DNA of 64,000 bases from a bacterium. Lineage in GTDB: Bacteria > Patescibacteriota > Patescibacteriia > UBA2196. Under the pieces are notes generated by a model that worked only from the letters and a program-made list of their open reading frames with translations, had not been told where the DNA came from and ran no database searches. The translations under genes and the position numbers were made by a program. Below, in pieces: positions 28,143-37,515 of the stretch (position 1 is its first letter; the number at the start of each line of letters is the position of its first letter). The stretch is from contig DAOOQN010000003.1 of the NCBI GenBank assembly GCA_035388785.1, forward strand, positions 16,497 to 80,496. The letters run 5' to 3'.

Positions 28143-28430
28143 TTTGTATGTCTTATACACATATTGTCTACATTAGTGTAGACAAAAGACCATATTTTAA
28201 AATTGTTCCACATGGAACAATTTTAAAATTATCAAAGTTATACCCTAAAATGGCCTTTTTTGACTACTTATACACACTTTGTCTACACTAGTCTAGACAT
28301 CCGAACACTTCTTCACTTTTATACATATGACTAAGAAAATAATTTGGCTAAAAATGGACAAAAAACGGTATATATTATAAGTATGTGTATCAAGGATGGG
28401 TATATTTTGTATTGTTCCATGTGGAACAAA
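28143..28430. promoter_or_regulatory. cluster of DnaA-box and palindromic operator-like sites: two perfect TTATACACA boxes (28153-28161, 28268-28276), each followed by a TGTCTACA-N4-TGTAGACA-type palindrome (28165-28184, 28280-28299); two TTGTTCCA-NN-TGGAACAA palindromes (28203-28220, 28402-28419)
   Basis: Read directly. Sits in a 720-bp gene-free, very AT-rich region between the small ORF and the tRNA cluster. Confidence 0.45.
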
Positions 28431-28679
28431 TAAATTTCATCACTAAATAGCATAAAATATATCTAAAACGGTTTTCCAAAAAAAGCTGATTAAAATTTAA
28501 AACTACCTATTTTTTACTTTTATGGCTAATATTAGATAAAATACACTTTTACACGGAATAAACCTGCTTGGGACTTAAAAACGTACTTTTTTTGTGTTTA
28601 TGTTTTGTATTAGCCAAAAGTTGTATTATATCAAAATTAGACAGATTTTTGGTGATTATGTCAAATTGTGTTGTAATAT

Positions 28680-28708
28680 AAAAACCACTCTGCTTCGGTG
28701 GTTTTTAT
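28680..28708. terminator. bidirectional terminator AAAACCAC-N9-GTGGTTTT with flanking T and A runs, downstream of the minus-strand tRNA cluster
   Basis: aaaaccactctgcttcggtggtttttat. Confidence 0.55.
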
Positions 28709-28711
28709 ATT

Positions 28712-28784
28712 TGGACCCTAGGGGGATCGAACCCCTCACCTCTTCCATGCCATGGAAGCGCTCTACCAAATGAGCTAAGGGCCC
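28712..28784 (-). tRNA. tRNA-Ala (anticodon GGC)
   Basis: Manual cloverleaf with the G3:U70 Ala identity pair. Anticodon loop ATGGCAT. CCA not encoded. Confidence 0.75.
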
Positions 28785-28844
28785 ACATAACTATGGTTAG
28801 ATTTTAATAACAGAATATCAAAATAAAATAAATTTATCAAATTT

Positions 28845-28915
28845 TGGACTTAGCGAGAATCGAACTCGCGTCTCCGCAATGCGAATGCGGCATATTACCA
28901 CTATACTATAAGCCC
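28845..28915 (-). tRNA. tRNA-Ala (anticodon CGC)
   Basis: Manual cloverleaf: acceptor GGGCTTA with G3:U70. Anticodon stem CCGCA/TGCGG, loop TTCGCAT. Confidence 0.75.
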
Positions 28916-28955
28916 AAACAAAAGAATGGGTTTGCTTAATTACCTGCCATCACCC

Positions 28956-29037
28956 ATGCCCCCGACAGGAATTGGACCTATATCTAAGGCTTAGGAGTCC
29001 CTTGTTCTATCCATTGAACTACGGGGGCTTGGGTTAT
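28956..29037 (-). tRNA. tRNA, probably Arg (anticodon CCU); weak anticodon stem and atypical T-loop TCCAATT
   Basis: Acceptor GCCCCCG/CGGGGGC. Canonical D-arm GTTCAATGGATAGAAC. Anticodon loop CTCCTAA by manual folding. Isotype needs covariance-model confirmation. Confidence 0.5.
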
Positions 29038-29188
29038 AGCAGGGGTGCGCGTACATTAAACCAAACGTTTAAAAGTATTCTATAAAAAATACACTTCTTT
29101 ATATTTATCTTAACAATTTATAGGTATCTTTACAACTTTAAAAAATACAGTTAAGCTTACCTATATAAATAATTAATTTACAACACCT

Positions 29189-29542
29189 ATGTCTAAAGAA
29201 TTTAAAGATGTGGAAACAATTATTGGCTCCACCGTTAAAATTGAAGGTAACTTTAAAGGCGACGGTGATGTGGTGGTAGAGGGCGAGGTGGCAGGTAAAC
29301 TATCCACCAAAAAAAACTTAACTGTGGGAGAAAATGCCAAGATCGCAGCTGATGTGGAGGCGATCAACGCTTTGGTGGCCGGACAAATTGTGGGAAATTT
29401 AAAAATAACTGAAAGTTTGGAACTAACTGCCACTGCTAAAATAACCGGGGATGTATCAGCTAAGATTTTAACAGTAGCCACGGGTGCTCGTCTAGATGGA
29501 AAAATTAGCATGGGGGACTCTGTTTTAATAGAAAAAGAATAA
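29189..29542 (+). CDS. bactofilin-family cytoskeletal protein
   Basis: Repetitive beta-helical pattern (KIEGNFKGDGDVVVEGEVAGKL...ITGDVSAKIL) typical of DUF583/bactofilin. 117 aa. Confidence 0.75.
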   Translation: MSKEFKDVETIIGSTVKIEGNFKGDGDVVVEGEVAGKLSTKKNLTVGENAKIAADVEAINALVAGQIVGNLKITESLELTATAKITGDVSAKILTVATGARLDGKISMGDSVLIEKE

Positions 29543-29559
29543 AAAAATAAACACAGAGA

Positions 29560-30342
29560 GTGACAAGAAATATTTTTTATAATATGTATCAATATATTTA
29601 CGATGGTTTTCTGTCTGACAAAAAATATGACAAAGTTTTAACACGTATTGAAAATAGGTTACTAGATTTGGGTATTAATGGAAAAGTAAACAAAATAACA
29701 GTGCTAAAAAATTTTGAATCCTACATTAAAGAGCTGGTGGACAAAAAACCGGATGTAATAATTATTGTTGGTAATGATAAAACTTTAGCAAAGACTTTAA
29801 ATATTGTAGCGGATAAAGAAATCATACTCGGTATTATTCCGATTGGAAATGAAAATACAATAGCCGATTTTTTCGGGATAAGTAGAGAAGAACAGGCTTG
29901 CGACATTATCGCGGCCAGAAGAATTGAGGAAATTGATTTAGGTAATGTGAATGGTCAATATTTTCTATCCTCAGTGGAAATTTTTGGTGCAGGAACTACC
30001 ATAATTTGTAATGATAGTTATGAAATTAAAGCTTTGGAAAATACGGAAAAAATTGGTATCTATAATTTATGTTTAAAGGATAATATGGAGATTATGTTTA
30101 ATCCACAAGATAAAAATTTAGAAATTATATCTACCCCTAAAATAAGTAATGGTTTTTTTAATTTTAATAAAAATAAACCCTTAAAAAAGAGCTTGATTAG
30201 AGTACTAAAGGCTAGAATTTTGTCTTCTCGTGAAAATAATTCTGTTTTGGTTGATGCTCATAAAATAATGAAGACACCAGCGGAAGTGACAGTTTCCAAT
30301 CGAAAATTAAAAATTATTGTCGGAAAAAATAGAAAATTTTAA
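29560..30342 (+). CDS. diacylglycerol-kinase catalytic-domain (YegS/DAGK-like) lipid kinase family protein
   Basis: IIIVGNDKT and GIIPIGNENT match the DAGK_cat glycine-rich motifs. 260 aa. Confidence 0.6.
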   Translation: MTRNIFYNMYQYIYDGFLSDKKYDKVLTRIENRLLDLGINGKVNKITVLKNFESYIKELVDKKPDVIIIVGNDKTLAKTLNIVADKEIILGIIPIGNENTIADFFGISREEQACDIIAARRIEEIDLGNVNGQYFLSSVEIFGAGTTIICNDSYEIKALENTEKIGIYNLCLKDNMEIMFNPQDKNLEIISTPKISNGFFNFNKNKPLKKSLIRVLKARILSSRENNSVLVDAHKIMKTPAEVTVSNRKLKIIVGKNRKF

Positions 30343-30348
30343 GATATA

Positions 30349-30380
30349 AAAACAACCCCAAACAAGGGGTTGTTTTTATA
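30349..30380. terminator. bidirectional terminator AACAACCCC-N7-GGGGTTGTT plus T-run
   Basis: Read directly. Lies between convergent genes. Confidence 0.6.
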
Positions 30381-30395
30381 TTACATAATAGTATT

Positions 30396-30707
30396 TTAAT
30401 CTTCAATTTCTTTCATGGCTGCACCTTGTGCAATTTTTTGTTTAGCTATCTTTTTTTTGGTTTTTTCTTTTTCACCTATTACTAAATCATCCACAATGAG
30501 TTTTTCTTCATTAATATCTACGACCTGACCACGAGAAATTACTAATTTATTGGTTACTATTTTTTGAACTAGGTTAGATGATTTGACAATGTATTCCAAA
30601 ATACTCTGTGAATCAATGTCCACTACAAAACTCTCTACCCACCCCAACTGATGACCCCCCACGGTTTCAACTGGTAAATTAATTATTTTTTGAGAAGATA
30701 TTTTCAT
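30396..30707 (-). CDS. PRC-barrel domain protein
   Basis: Small protein (103 aa) with a PRC-barrel-like N-terminal segment and a Lys-rich tail. Confidence 0.5.
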   Translation of the reverse strand: MKISSQKIINLPVETVGGHQLGWVESFVVDIDSQSILEYIVKSSNLVQKIVTNKLVISRGQVVDINEEKLIVDDLVIGEKEKTKKKIAKQKIAQGAAMKEIED

Positions 30708-30719
30708 ACACCTAAAAAT

Positions 30720-31451
30720 TTAAACATTAGACATAGTGGTTGTTTTTTTCTTAAAAAAATACAACTGTTGCACACCAGTTAGTAGGGTGGTGATAAACCA
30801 ATACAAAGTCAAGCCAGCTGGTAAGGAGAGACCAATAAAAATAGTAATAATTGGCATAAACAAAGTCATTTGTTTATTCATAATGGAAGTCATATCCTCA
30901 TCTTTAGCACCCGGCACTTGGGGTTGTTTTTTTGACACCAACATCTTTGAAACCCAGTATTGGGCTGCACCAGCTAGAACTGCTAGAATAATATTAGCTT
31001 TGGCCATATCAAAAAAACCAAACGCGATGGCGCTAATATTACCTGGGTTATGTACAAAAGGATACAAAATATCAAACCCTTGTTTATTACTAAGTCCGTT
31101 GCGGAAAACACTATAGACTGCAATTAGAAAAGGAAATTGTATTAATAAAGGTAAACAAGATGAAAAAGGTGAAACTTTTTCTTTTTTATATAACTCCATG
31201 GTGGCTTTAGCTAAACCAGGTTGATCATCTTTATATTGCTTTTTTAGGTCGTCTGTTTTGGGTTGTAAATCTTGTAGTGCTTTTTGGGCTTTAATACCTT
31301 GTAAGGAAAAAGGATATAAAACTATTTTGATGATAATAGTAACAAAGATAATAGCTAAACCTATATCATGACCAGGAACAATATTATAAAACCATATTAA
31401 TAAATTAAAAATGGGTTGATAAAAAATAATGTGGTAAAGCTGTCCAAGCAT
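30720..31451 (-). CDS. yidC: membrane protein insertase YidC (short form)
   Basis: Multi-TM with YidC/Oxa1 conserved core. Position next to yidD-rnpA-rpmH. Confidence 0.85.
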   Translation of the reverse strand: MLGQLYHIIFYQPIFNLLIWFYNIVPGHDIGLAIIFVTIIIKIVLYPFSLQGIKAQKALQDLQPKTDDLKKQYKDDQPGLAKATMELYKKEKVSPFSSCLPLLIQFPFLIAVYSVFRNGLSNKQGFDILYPFVHNPGNISAIAFGFFDMAKANIILAVLAGAAQYWVSKMLVSKKQPQVPGAKDEDMTSIMNKQMTLFMPIITIFIGLSLPAGLTLYWFITTLLTGVQQLYFFKKKTTTMSNV

Positions 31452-31507
31452 ATTTTATATTTTAATAATTTATTACTAATAAAAAGAGTTAGAAAACTAC
31501 TTTACAC

Positions 31508-31747
31508 CTACAAAAGTGGGTCAAAACCACCCTGATTAAAAGGGTTACAACGCAAAATTCTTTTAAAACCTAAATACATCCCCTTAACAACACCATATTT
31601 TTTCACCGCTTGATACGCATATTCAGAACAAGTTGGTCTAAAACGACATAAACCCAACGGTTTAAAGTATCGCATCCAACCATGATCAAAAGAAAGTGTG
31701 TGTTGATATATTTTTATAACCCTTAATAATATTTTTTTTAACATCAC
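31508..31747 (-). CDS. yidD: membrane protein insertion efficiency factor YidD
   Basis: Conserved CRFRPTCSEY motif. 79 aa. Confidence 0.8.
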   Translation of the reverse strand: MMLKKILLRVIKIYQHTLSFDHGWMRYFKPLGLCRFRPTCSEYAYQAVKKYGVVKGMYLGFKRILRCNPFNQGGFDPLL

Positions 31748-32079
31748 TTTTTTAACAAATTAGCTCGCTGTAATAAAAATCCTAAATCTTGTTTGTTTTG
31801 ACTATAAGGTGTGTTTTTTATAACATCTTTGGCTAATATTATAATATCATAACCTTGTTTTATTTTTAAATCATTTAAACGCAAAATTTCATTAAAGCGA
31901 CGACGAATCTTGTTTCTTACCACCGCCTTTTTATCTACCTTTAAAGAAATCATAATACCATAACGATTATTAGCAAGATTATTCTTTAAAACCTTAATAT
32001 AAAAACTCTCTACAAAAAAACGCTGGCCCAACTTCATAACTTGATTAAAATCATATTTTTTAGTTAGTTTTACCAGCAT
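31744..32079 (-). CDS. rnpA: ribonuclease P protein component
   Basis: Basic small protein with an RNR-like motif (VVRNKIRRRFNE). Position between rpmH and yidD. Confidence 0.8.
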   Translation of the reverse strand: MLVKLTKKYDFNQVMKLGQRFFVESFYIKVLKNNLANNRYGIMISLKVDKKAVVRNKIRRRFNEILRLNDLKIKQGYDIIILAKDVIKNTPYSQNKQDLGFLLQRANLLKK

Positions 32080-32113
32080 ATTACGCTTATTTATTGGCTT
32101 ATATTAGCCAAAA

Positions 32114-32251
32114 TTATACATTTATTTTCTTTCTACCCTTGTTTATGCGAGCTTTGATGATTTTTCTACCGTTTTTTGTACTCATACGTGCTCTAAAACC
32201 ATGGGTTCTATTCTTTTTTATAACTGACGGCTGATAGGTTCGTTTAGGCAT
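32114..32251 (-). CDS. rpmH: 50S ribosomal protein L34
   Basis: Translates to [41 protein letters not shown]... Not in the ORF track because it is under 60 aa. Found by manual translation. Confidence 0.85.
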   Translation of the reverse strand: MPKRTYQPSVIKKNRTHGFRARMSTKNGRKIIKARINKGRKKINV

Positions 32252-32450
32252 ATTGTTTAAATTTTTATTATTCTGTGTACTATATTATAAGTAATATTTG
32301 TTTTTTTGTCAATTTATTCTCTATTTTTAATTATTTTTTATCTTTTTTTATTACTATACACATTAAATCCACTTCTTATACACTTTACCCCTGTTTTTAC
32401 TTATAGATAATCGTGCTAAAATATAAATACAAAGACTAAACAAAACAAAA
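32252..32450. other. candidate oriC segment 1 (rpmH-dnaA spacer): AT-rich, DnaA-box-like TTATACACT
   Basis: Classical origin gene order rnpA-rpmH | dnaA-dnaN. One 8/9 DnaA box at about 32376-32384. Confidence 0.35.
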
Positions 32451-33821
32451 ATGACTAACGAACAACTTTGGCAAGCTATTTTGGGTGAATTAGAATTAAC
32501 TTTAAGTAAAGCTAATTTTACAACCTGGTTTAAAAGTACTTTTATTATTTCACAAGAAGCTAATTGTATTATTGTGGGTGTACCGAATGGTTTTACTAAA
32601 ACTTGGTTGGAAAATAAATATCAAAATGAGATTATTACAGCTTTAAAACACATTACTAATAACACCATTAACCAAGTTTTTTATAAAGTTGAAATAAATA
32701 ATAAGCCAACAAATTTAGCTAATCTAAAGGAAAAAATAAATAATATTAATCATAATTCAAATACAGAAGAGAAGGAAGAAAATTATCCCAAAAATCAATT
32801 TGGTTTAAATCCAAAATACACTTTTGATAAATTTATTGTGGGAAAGAATAATGAATTAGCCCACGCAGCCGCCAAAGCAGTGTCCAAGGCTCCTGGTAAT
32901 GCTTATAACCCACTATATATCTATGGGCAAGCTGGTTTGGGTAAAACACACCTCTTACAAGCTATAGGGCATGAAATACTTAATAATAAACCAAATACAA
33001 AATTACTTTATTTAACATGTGAAAAGTTTACTAACGAGTTTATTAACACACTTAGAACAAATCGAGCAAATGAATTTCAGCAGAAATATCGCAATATTGA
33101 TGTTTTAATTATTGATGATATACAATTTATAGCCGGTAAAGAACAAACTCAAGAACAATTTTTTCACACTTTTAATGATCTTTATCAAAAAGATAAACAA
33201 TTAATTATTTCTTCAGATAGACCCCCTAAAGCTATTCAAAATTTAGAACAAAGATTACAATCACGCTTTGAGTGGGGGATGACGGCTGACATTTCAGCAC
33301 CTGATTATGAAACTCGGGTGGCTATTTTAGAGCAAAAAGCTATAGATAAAAATTTTAGTTTAGAAAAAAATATTATAAATTATCTAGCAGAAAATATACA
33401 GAGTAATATTAGAGAATTAGAGGGTGCTTTAAATCATTTATATGCTCGTTTTCAATTAAATAACCATAAATTAACATTAGACGAAGTAAAAAGTATTTTA
33501 CAAAGCATTAATACTATTATTCCAAAAAGTGCTCTTTCTAATAAATCTATTATTCAAACTGTATCTGAATTTTTTAACATTTCCACAGCTGAAATAGTTG
33601 GTACATCGCGTAAAAAAGAATTAGTCGTACCTCGACAAATTGCCATGTATTTAATGCGTGAGGAATTAGAAACTTCATTTATTAAAATTGGACATGAATT
33701 GGGTGACCGTGATCACACCACAGCTATACATGCTTATACTAAAATCAAAGAAGAACTTAATAATGATGGAAAAATTAAACAAAACATCTTACTTATTAAA
33801 CAAAAACTATATAATAAATAG
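32451..33821 (+). CDS. dnaA: chromosomal replication initiator DnaA
   Basis: Walker A GQAGLGKTHLLQAIG, sensor and box VII, C-terminal DNA-binding domain. 456 aa. Confidence 0.95.
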   Translation: MTNEQLWQAILGELELTLSKANFTTWFKSTFIISQEANCIIVGVPNGFTKTWLENKYQNEIITALKHITNNTINQVFYKVEINNKPTNLANLKEKINNINHNSNTEEKEENYPKNQFGLNPKYTFDKFIVGKNNELAHAAAKAVSKAPGNAYNPLYIYGQAGLGKTHLLQAIGHEILNNKPNTKLLYLTCEKFTNEFINTLRTNRANEFQQKYRNIDVLIIDDIQFIAGKEQTQEQFFHTFNDLYQKDKQLIISSDRPPKAIQNLEQRLQSRFEWGMTADISAPDYETRVAILEQKAIDKNFSLEKNIINYLAENIQSNIRELEGALNHLYARFQLNNHKLTLDEVKSILQSINTIIPKSALSNKSIIQTVSEFFNISTAEIVGTSRKKELVVPRQIAMYLMREELETSFIKIGHELGDRDHTTAIHAYTKIKEELNNDGKIKQNILLIKQKLYNK

Positions 33822-34079
33822 TGTATAAATAGGTGTATAAAAAAGCATAAATTAGCATTTTATCAACTTAAAACAAAAAAATAAAAAGAATTATTTTATA
33901 TTCACACATTATTTTAAATATAAATCTATAGTATCCACCTTAGGTGTTAGTTAAAATATGGTCTCTAGATGAAATAAAATCAATCTGTGGGGCAAAGTAC
34001 ATTTTTATACACTTTTACACCCTCATTACTATGTATTATTAAAGTATTTAAATATTCTAATATTATAATATAAAAAAAT
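33822..34079. other. candidate oriC segment 2 (dnaA-dnaN spacer): inverted DnaA-box-like repeats AGTGTATAA and GGTGTATAAAA versus TTTTTATACAC, plus GTATCCACC
   Basis: Boxes with 8/9 matches to TTATNCACA / TGTGNATAA at about 33822-33840 and 33993-34004. Very AT-rich. Confidence 0.4.
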
Positions 34080-35183
34080 ATGAAAATAATTTGTAAACAA
34101 GAAAATTTAATTTTGGGCTTACTAAAGGTTTCTCACCTAACTGGTAAAAATTTTAATTTACCTATTTTAAATAATATATTAATTAAAGCTGAGGGTGGGG
34201 TAATAGAGCTTTCGGCTACTAATTTAGAAATGGGGGTTAGGACGATTATAAGAGGTAAAATAGAACAAGAGGGAAAAATAACCATGCCCGCTAAAATAAT
34301 TACAGATTATATAAGTTTAATTAATAGTGATAAAAATATAACTTTAGAAACACAAGAAGGGGAGGTGTTGATAAACAGTGATGGATGGCAGACGAAAATT
34401 AAAACTAATCCAGCTGAGGATTATCCGTTAACTCCAGAAGTAAAGGGTTTAAAAAAATATCATATTAAAACTATTGATTTAAAAAATAGTTTAAATAATG
34501 TAATTTTTGCAACTTCTTATGATGAAACTAAACCAGAATTAACCGGAGTTTTGTTTTGGTTTAAAGATAAAAATTTGATTTTAGCGGCTACTAATAGTTA
34601 TCGTTTAGCTGAAAAGAAGATAGAATTAGAGCAGGAAGTAAAAACAGAAGAGAAAATAATCATTCCCTTAAAATCAATGCAAGAATTAGTACGTATTATT
34701 AATGACACAACTAAGGAATATTTTACACTTGATTTTGAAGAAAATCAGATTAAATTTGATTTTGAAGAAACTATAATAATTTCACGTCTAATTGAGGGTG
34801 AATATCCTGATTATCAACAAATTATACCGCGTGAATTTGGTATTGAAATTGAAATTGATAATACAGAGTTAATCAAAGCAATTAAAGCGGCAAGTTTATT
34901 TACAAAAAGCGGTATTTTTGATGTGACTTTGGAATTTATTAAAGATGTGGTTATTGTTCGATCAATTAATTCACAATTAGGAGAAAATGTTATTAAAATA
35001 AATATAAATCATAAAGGTGGAGATGAAACTGTAATTTTTAATTATAAATTTTTATTAGACGGTTTAAATAATATAAACTCCTTAAAAACTAAAATTTTAA
35101 TTAACTCACCTGTAAATCCGATAGTATTTAAGTCTACTACGAATAATGATTTTATGTACCTAGTGATGCCAATTAGACAGTAA
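34080..35183 (+). CDS. dnaN: DNA polymerase III beta sliding clamp
   Basis: Three-domain clamp pattern. Position immediately after dnaA. 367 aa. Confidence 0.9.
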   Translation: MKIICKQENLILGLLKVSHLTGKNFNLPILNNILIKAEGGVIELSATNLEMGVRTIIRGKIEQEGKITMPAKIITDYISLINSDKNITLETQEGEVLINSDGWQTKIKTNPAEDYPLTPEVKGLKKYHIKTIDLKNSLNNVIFATSYDETKPELTGVLFWFKDKNLILAATNSYRLAEKKIELEQEVKTEEKIIIPLKSMQELVRIINDTTKEYFTLDFEENQIKFDFEETIIISRLIEGEYPDYQQIIPREFGIEIEIDNTELIKAIKAASLFTKSGIFDVTLEFIKDVVIVRSINSQLGENVIKININHKGGDETVIFNYKFLLDGLNNINSLKTKILINSPVNPIVFKSTTNNDFMYLVMPIRQ

Positions 35184-35197
35184 AAATCTTGTAAACA

Positions 35198-35228
35198 AAA
35201 AACCTACTTTTTAGTAGGTTTTTTGTTT
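35198..35228. terminator. bidirectional terminator AACCTACT-TTTT-AGTAGGTT with T and A runs
   Basis: Read directly. Lies between the convergent dnaN and PBP genes. Confidence 0.6.
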
Positions 35229-35237
35229 GTATAATAA

Positions 35238-37511
35238 TTATTTTACAATATTTTCATAGCCATTTTCTTGCGCCCACTTTTCTACTACCAACTCCCAATT
35301 AGTGTAATTCTCATCATTCCAAGGTGTTTCTGGAATAGGCCCCAGGGGATTATTTTTGTTAATATAATGTAAAATATTATGAACTTGTTTTATTGTTTTA
35401 TCTTCAATTAAATCTAATGGAGTTGTTTCATCAACTAAGAGCCCTGTTGTTTTATTAATTTTAATAATTTTAGTGTCAATATATTGACCATTTAACATAA
35501 GTTTACTGGGTAGTGTGGAGGTGGCAGCTTGAGTAAAATTTTCTACAGGTGTATTTTTTAAGACTTCTTGTAAAAATCCTTGCCAAATAGGAGCAGCTAC
35601 CATTGAACCATCAGAGGAAGCTGACATTTTTTCACCACGTGTGTTACCCACCCATACACCAACAGATAAAGATGGGGTGTAACCCATAGTCCAAGCATCT
35701 TTATAATCATTAGTGGTACCAGTTTTAGCTGCCACTGGACGGTCACTTAGAGTTAAATAATTTTTTTCACCAAAAATATAAGCGCGGGCAGAGTTATCAC
35801 TTAATATACTAGTTATTTGACGAGTTATTTCAGTGTCTAAAACCTTTTTAGTTTTGATTTTAGTGGTGTCTATTTCCTCCAAAATATCACCATTTTTATT
35901 TTCAATTTTTAAAATAGAGATGGGTTCGTGATATTCACCCTCATTTGCTAAGGTGGTATAAGCTAGTGTGTGTTCTAGTAATTTAACCTCGCCACCACCC
36001 AATACTAAAGATAAACCAAATCGTGAGCGATCAGAAAAAGTTGTATAACCCATTTTTTCAGCTAAATTTAGTACATTATCAATTCCAGTTAAGTAAAGTA
36101 ATTTAACCGCTGGTACATTTAAAGAGCCAGCCAGAGCTTTTTTTAAGGTGACAGGGCCAAAATAATGATCATTATAATTATGAGGTTCAAAATCTTTAGG
36201 TGTAGTTTTAAAAGTAGTGAGTAAATCAAAAACAATAGTGTTGGGTGAAAAACCTTTTTGAAAAGCGGCACTATAAACAATGGGTTTAAAAGATGAACCA
36301 GGTTGACGTGGACTTATAGCGATATTAACCGCACCATCTATGGTTTCATCAAAATAATTTAACGAACCAACCATAGTAGTAATCTCTCCAGTTTTATTAT
36401 TAATAGCCACCAAAGAAGCATTGTTGGCATTGTTTTTTTCTTTGTTTTTGGGCGCTATTTTAGCAATTACATTTTCAGCGATTTTTTGTTGGGTTAGATC
36501 AAGGGTGGTGGTTATTTTTAAACCATCTTCTAGGAGTGTTTTTTCATCATATTTTGCGGTTAATAAATCTTTTACATAAAAAACAAAATGTGGTGCTATT
36601 ATAGCATTAGAAATTTTGGAAAAATTAAGCTCCTCTTTTTTGGTCACATCAGCTTTTTCTTGGGTAATATAACCCTCACTAGCCAGTGAGTCTAAAATCC
36701 AATCCTTACGCGCCATTAGATCATTTTTATTTGGACCATAAGGTGAAAGTAGTGATGGTGCTTGAGGTAAGGCTGCTAATAAAGCACCCTCAGCTAAGCT
36801 TAAATCTTTAGCATTTTTACCAAAATATTTTTTAGCTGCTGCTTCAATACCATAAGTAACCCCACCATAAGGTATTTCATTAAAATACATTTCTAAAATT
36901 TGATCTTTGGAAAAACGACGCTCCATTTGCCAAGCTAAAATAATCTCCTTAATTTTTCTTGAGTAGGTTTTTTCTTGTGTTAAAAGTGCATTTTTTACGT
37001 ACTGTTGTGTGATAGATGAACCACCCTGTGTCTTTTCACCACCTCGTATAATTAATAAAAAAAGCGCTCGAGTTAGGCCCTTAAAATTTAGTCCATGATG
37101 GGAATAAAAGGCACGATCTTCGGCCACAATAGTGGACCATTTAATATAATCCGGTAGAGTATCTAAAGAAATTTTTGTACGCATGACCTCACCACCACTA
37201 AAATCATAAAGTAAATTTTGACCAGTGCGATCATAAATTTTTGCGCTAGCAGTTTCTTTACGATCTAATAAATCAGTGGATACTGGTAAGTCGCGTGAAT
37301 ACCATAAAATAACACCCGCAAAAGAAATAATAAGCAGAACTATTAAAATAATAAAAAGTTTTAAAACTTTTTTGAATATTTTTTTTGTAAATTTTTCATT
37401 TTTAAAACCGGTCACTGAATTTTTTTTCTGGTAGGTTTTGAAGATTTCTTTACGACGTGCAGCAATATTTTTTTCCCACGAGCGGTTTGAATTAGGTGAA
37501 CGATAAAGCAT
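35238..37511 (-). CDS. class A penicillin-binding protein (PBP1A-type glycosyltransferase-transpeptidase)
   Basis: GT51 motifs (ITQQYVKN), SSFKP (SxxK) and KTGTTND (KTG). N-terminal TM. 757 aa. Confidence 0.85.
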   Translation of the reverse strand: MLYRSPNSNRSWEKNIAARRKEIFKTYQKKNSVTGFKNEKFTKKIFKKVLKLFIILIVLLIISFAGVILWYSRDLPVSTDLLDRKETASAKIYDRTGQNLLYDFSGGEVMRTKISLDTLPDYIKWSTIVAEDRAFYSHHGLNFKGLTRALFLLIIRGGEKTQGGSSITQQYVKNALLTQEKTYSRKIKEIILAWQMERRFSKDQILEMYFNEIPYGGVTYGIEAAAKKYFGKNAKDLSLAEGALLAALPQAPSLLSPYGPNKNDLMARKDWILDSLASEGYITQEKADVTKKEELNFSKISNAIIAPHFVFYVKDLLTAKYDEKTLLEDGLKITTTLDLTQQKIAENVIAKIAPKNKEKNNANNASLVAINNKTGEITTMVGSLNYFDETIDGAVNIAISPRQPGSSFKPIVYSAAFQKGFSPNTIVFDLLTTFKTTPKDFEPHNYNDHYFGPVTLKKALAGSLNVPAVKLLYLTGIDNVLNLAEKMGYTTFSDRSRFGLSLVLGGGEVKLLEHTLAYTTLANEGEYHEPISILKIENKNGDILEEIDTTKIKTKKVLDTEITRQITSILSDNSARAYIFGEKNYLTLSDRPVAAKTGTTNDYKDAWTMGYTPSLSVGVWVGNTRGEKMSASSDGSMVAAPIWQGFLQEVLKNTPVENFTQAATSTLPSKLMLNGQYIDTKIIKINKTTGLLVDETTPLDLIEDKTIKQVHNILHYINKNNPLGPIPETPWNDENYTNWELVVEKWAQENGYENIVK

Positions 37512-37515
37512 ATTT

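Noticed and set aside
28100-28450. Possible CRISPR array suggested by the repeated palindromic units
   Set aside because: Only two copies of each unit, with irregular spacing (about 122 and 200 bp) and no cas genes. Units coincide with DnaA boxes, which is more consistent with protein-binding sites.
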